Positions 63,705 through 64,000 of a stretch of DNA of 64,000 bases are shown here, one piece after another. The translations under genes and the position numbers were made by a program. The DNA comes from Terriglobia bacterium (lineage in GTDB: Bacteria > Acidobacteriota > Terriglobia > 20CM-2-55-15). Position 1 is the first letter of the stretch; every line of letters begins with the position of its first letter. The notes below the pieces were generated by a model. It was given only the letters and a program-made list of their open reading frames with translations. It made no database searches and was not told the origin of the DNA. The stretch lies in NCBI GenBank assembly GCA_965218585.1, contig CBDCLE010000024.1, positions 160,001 to 224,000 on the forward strand. The letters are read 5' to 3'.

Positions 63705-64000
63705 CCAATTCGATCCACGACATGGGCGGCATGCACGGTTTCGGCAGGGTGCGGCCGGAAGTCGATGAGCCGGTATTCCACGAACCTTGGGAAGGCCGCG
63801 TTGATGCCATGCATCGGGCCATGGGGGGGCTCGGCCTGTGGACGATCGATATGGCGCGCGCATCGATGGAGACGCTGAGGCCGACTCTTTATGTCAGTGC
63901 GTCCTACTATCAACGTTGGCTGCTTGGCCTCGAGCGCCGCGTTGTCGAGCACGATCTCGCCTCCGCCGACGAGCTTCGAGCGGGACAGTCGCTAAGGACG
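63701..64000 (+). CDS. nthB: Nitrile hydratase beta subunit (runs off the window)
   Basis: GTG overlaps the nthA stop; NSIHDMGGMHGFG, FHEPWEGR, SYYQRW. Confidence 0.92.
   Translation, partial: MTNSIHDMGGMHGFGRVRPEVDEPVFHEPWEGRVDAMHRAMGGLGLWTIDMARASMETLRPTLYVSASYYQRWLLGLERRVVEHDLASADELRAGQSLRT

Overview
This 64-kb bacterial window is most likely from an Acidobacteriota genome (inferred from gene content and order: bshC-bshA, pilOPQ-accB-accC-thiE, alaS-recX, lptE-holA-rpsT-phoH-ybeY-era, DUF6152 and DUF5916 proteins). A housekeeping core (about 10.6-43.6 kb) holds a porin-amtB-glnK operon with a tandem ANTAR-type attenuator, two tRNAs, a degraded prophage at tRNA-Arg(CCG) and a disrupted pilQ. 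Mosaic accessory regions flank it (0.6-10.6 kb and 43.6-64 kb). Insertion sequences are dense: five IS256-family copies of two types (one nested in another), two different IS21 elements and an IS30 remnant. The most unusual signal is a recurring non-coding architecture seen only in the accessory regions. A 42-bp 17-8-17 imperfect palindrome (approx. ATTCTCAAGTCCTGACA-AAYSATCT-TGTCGGACGTTGAGAAT) occurs as about 6 full and 5 partial copies. It repeatedly sits just after a remnant of a Ser/Thr kinase C-terminus (LNWFEELKERVPVP*) and/or just before a remnant of a kinase N-terminus (GTKLGHYEI..GKGGMGEVWRAR), while unrelated cargo genes lie between these junctions. This suggests a kinase-anchored gene-cassette exchange system, which remains a hypothesis: no recombinase for it is visible here. 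Several single-base indels in homopolymers suggest residual sequencing error, so some frameshift calls are uncertain. All family assignments are from motif recognition, not database searches.
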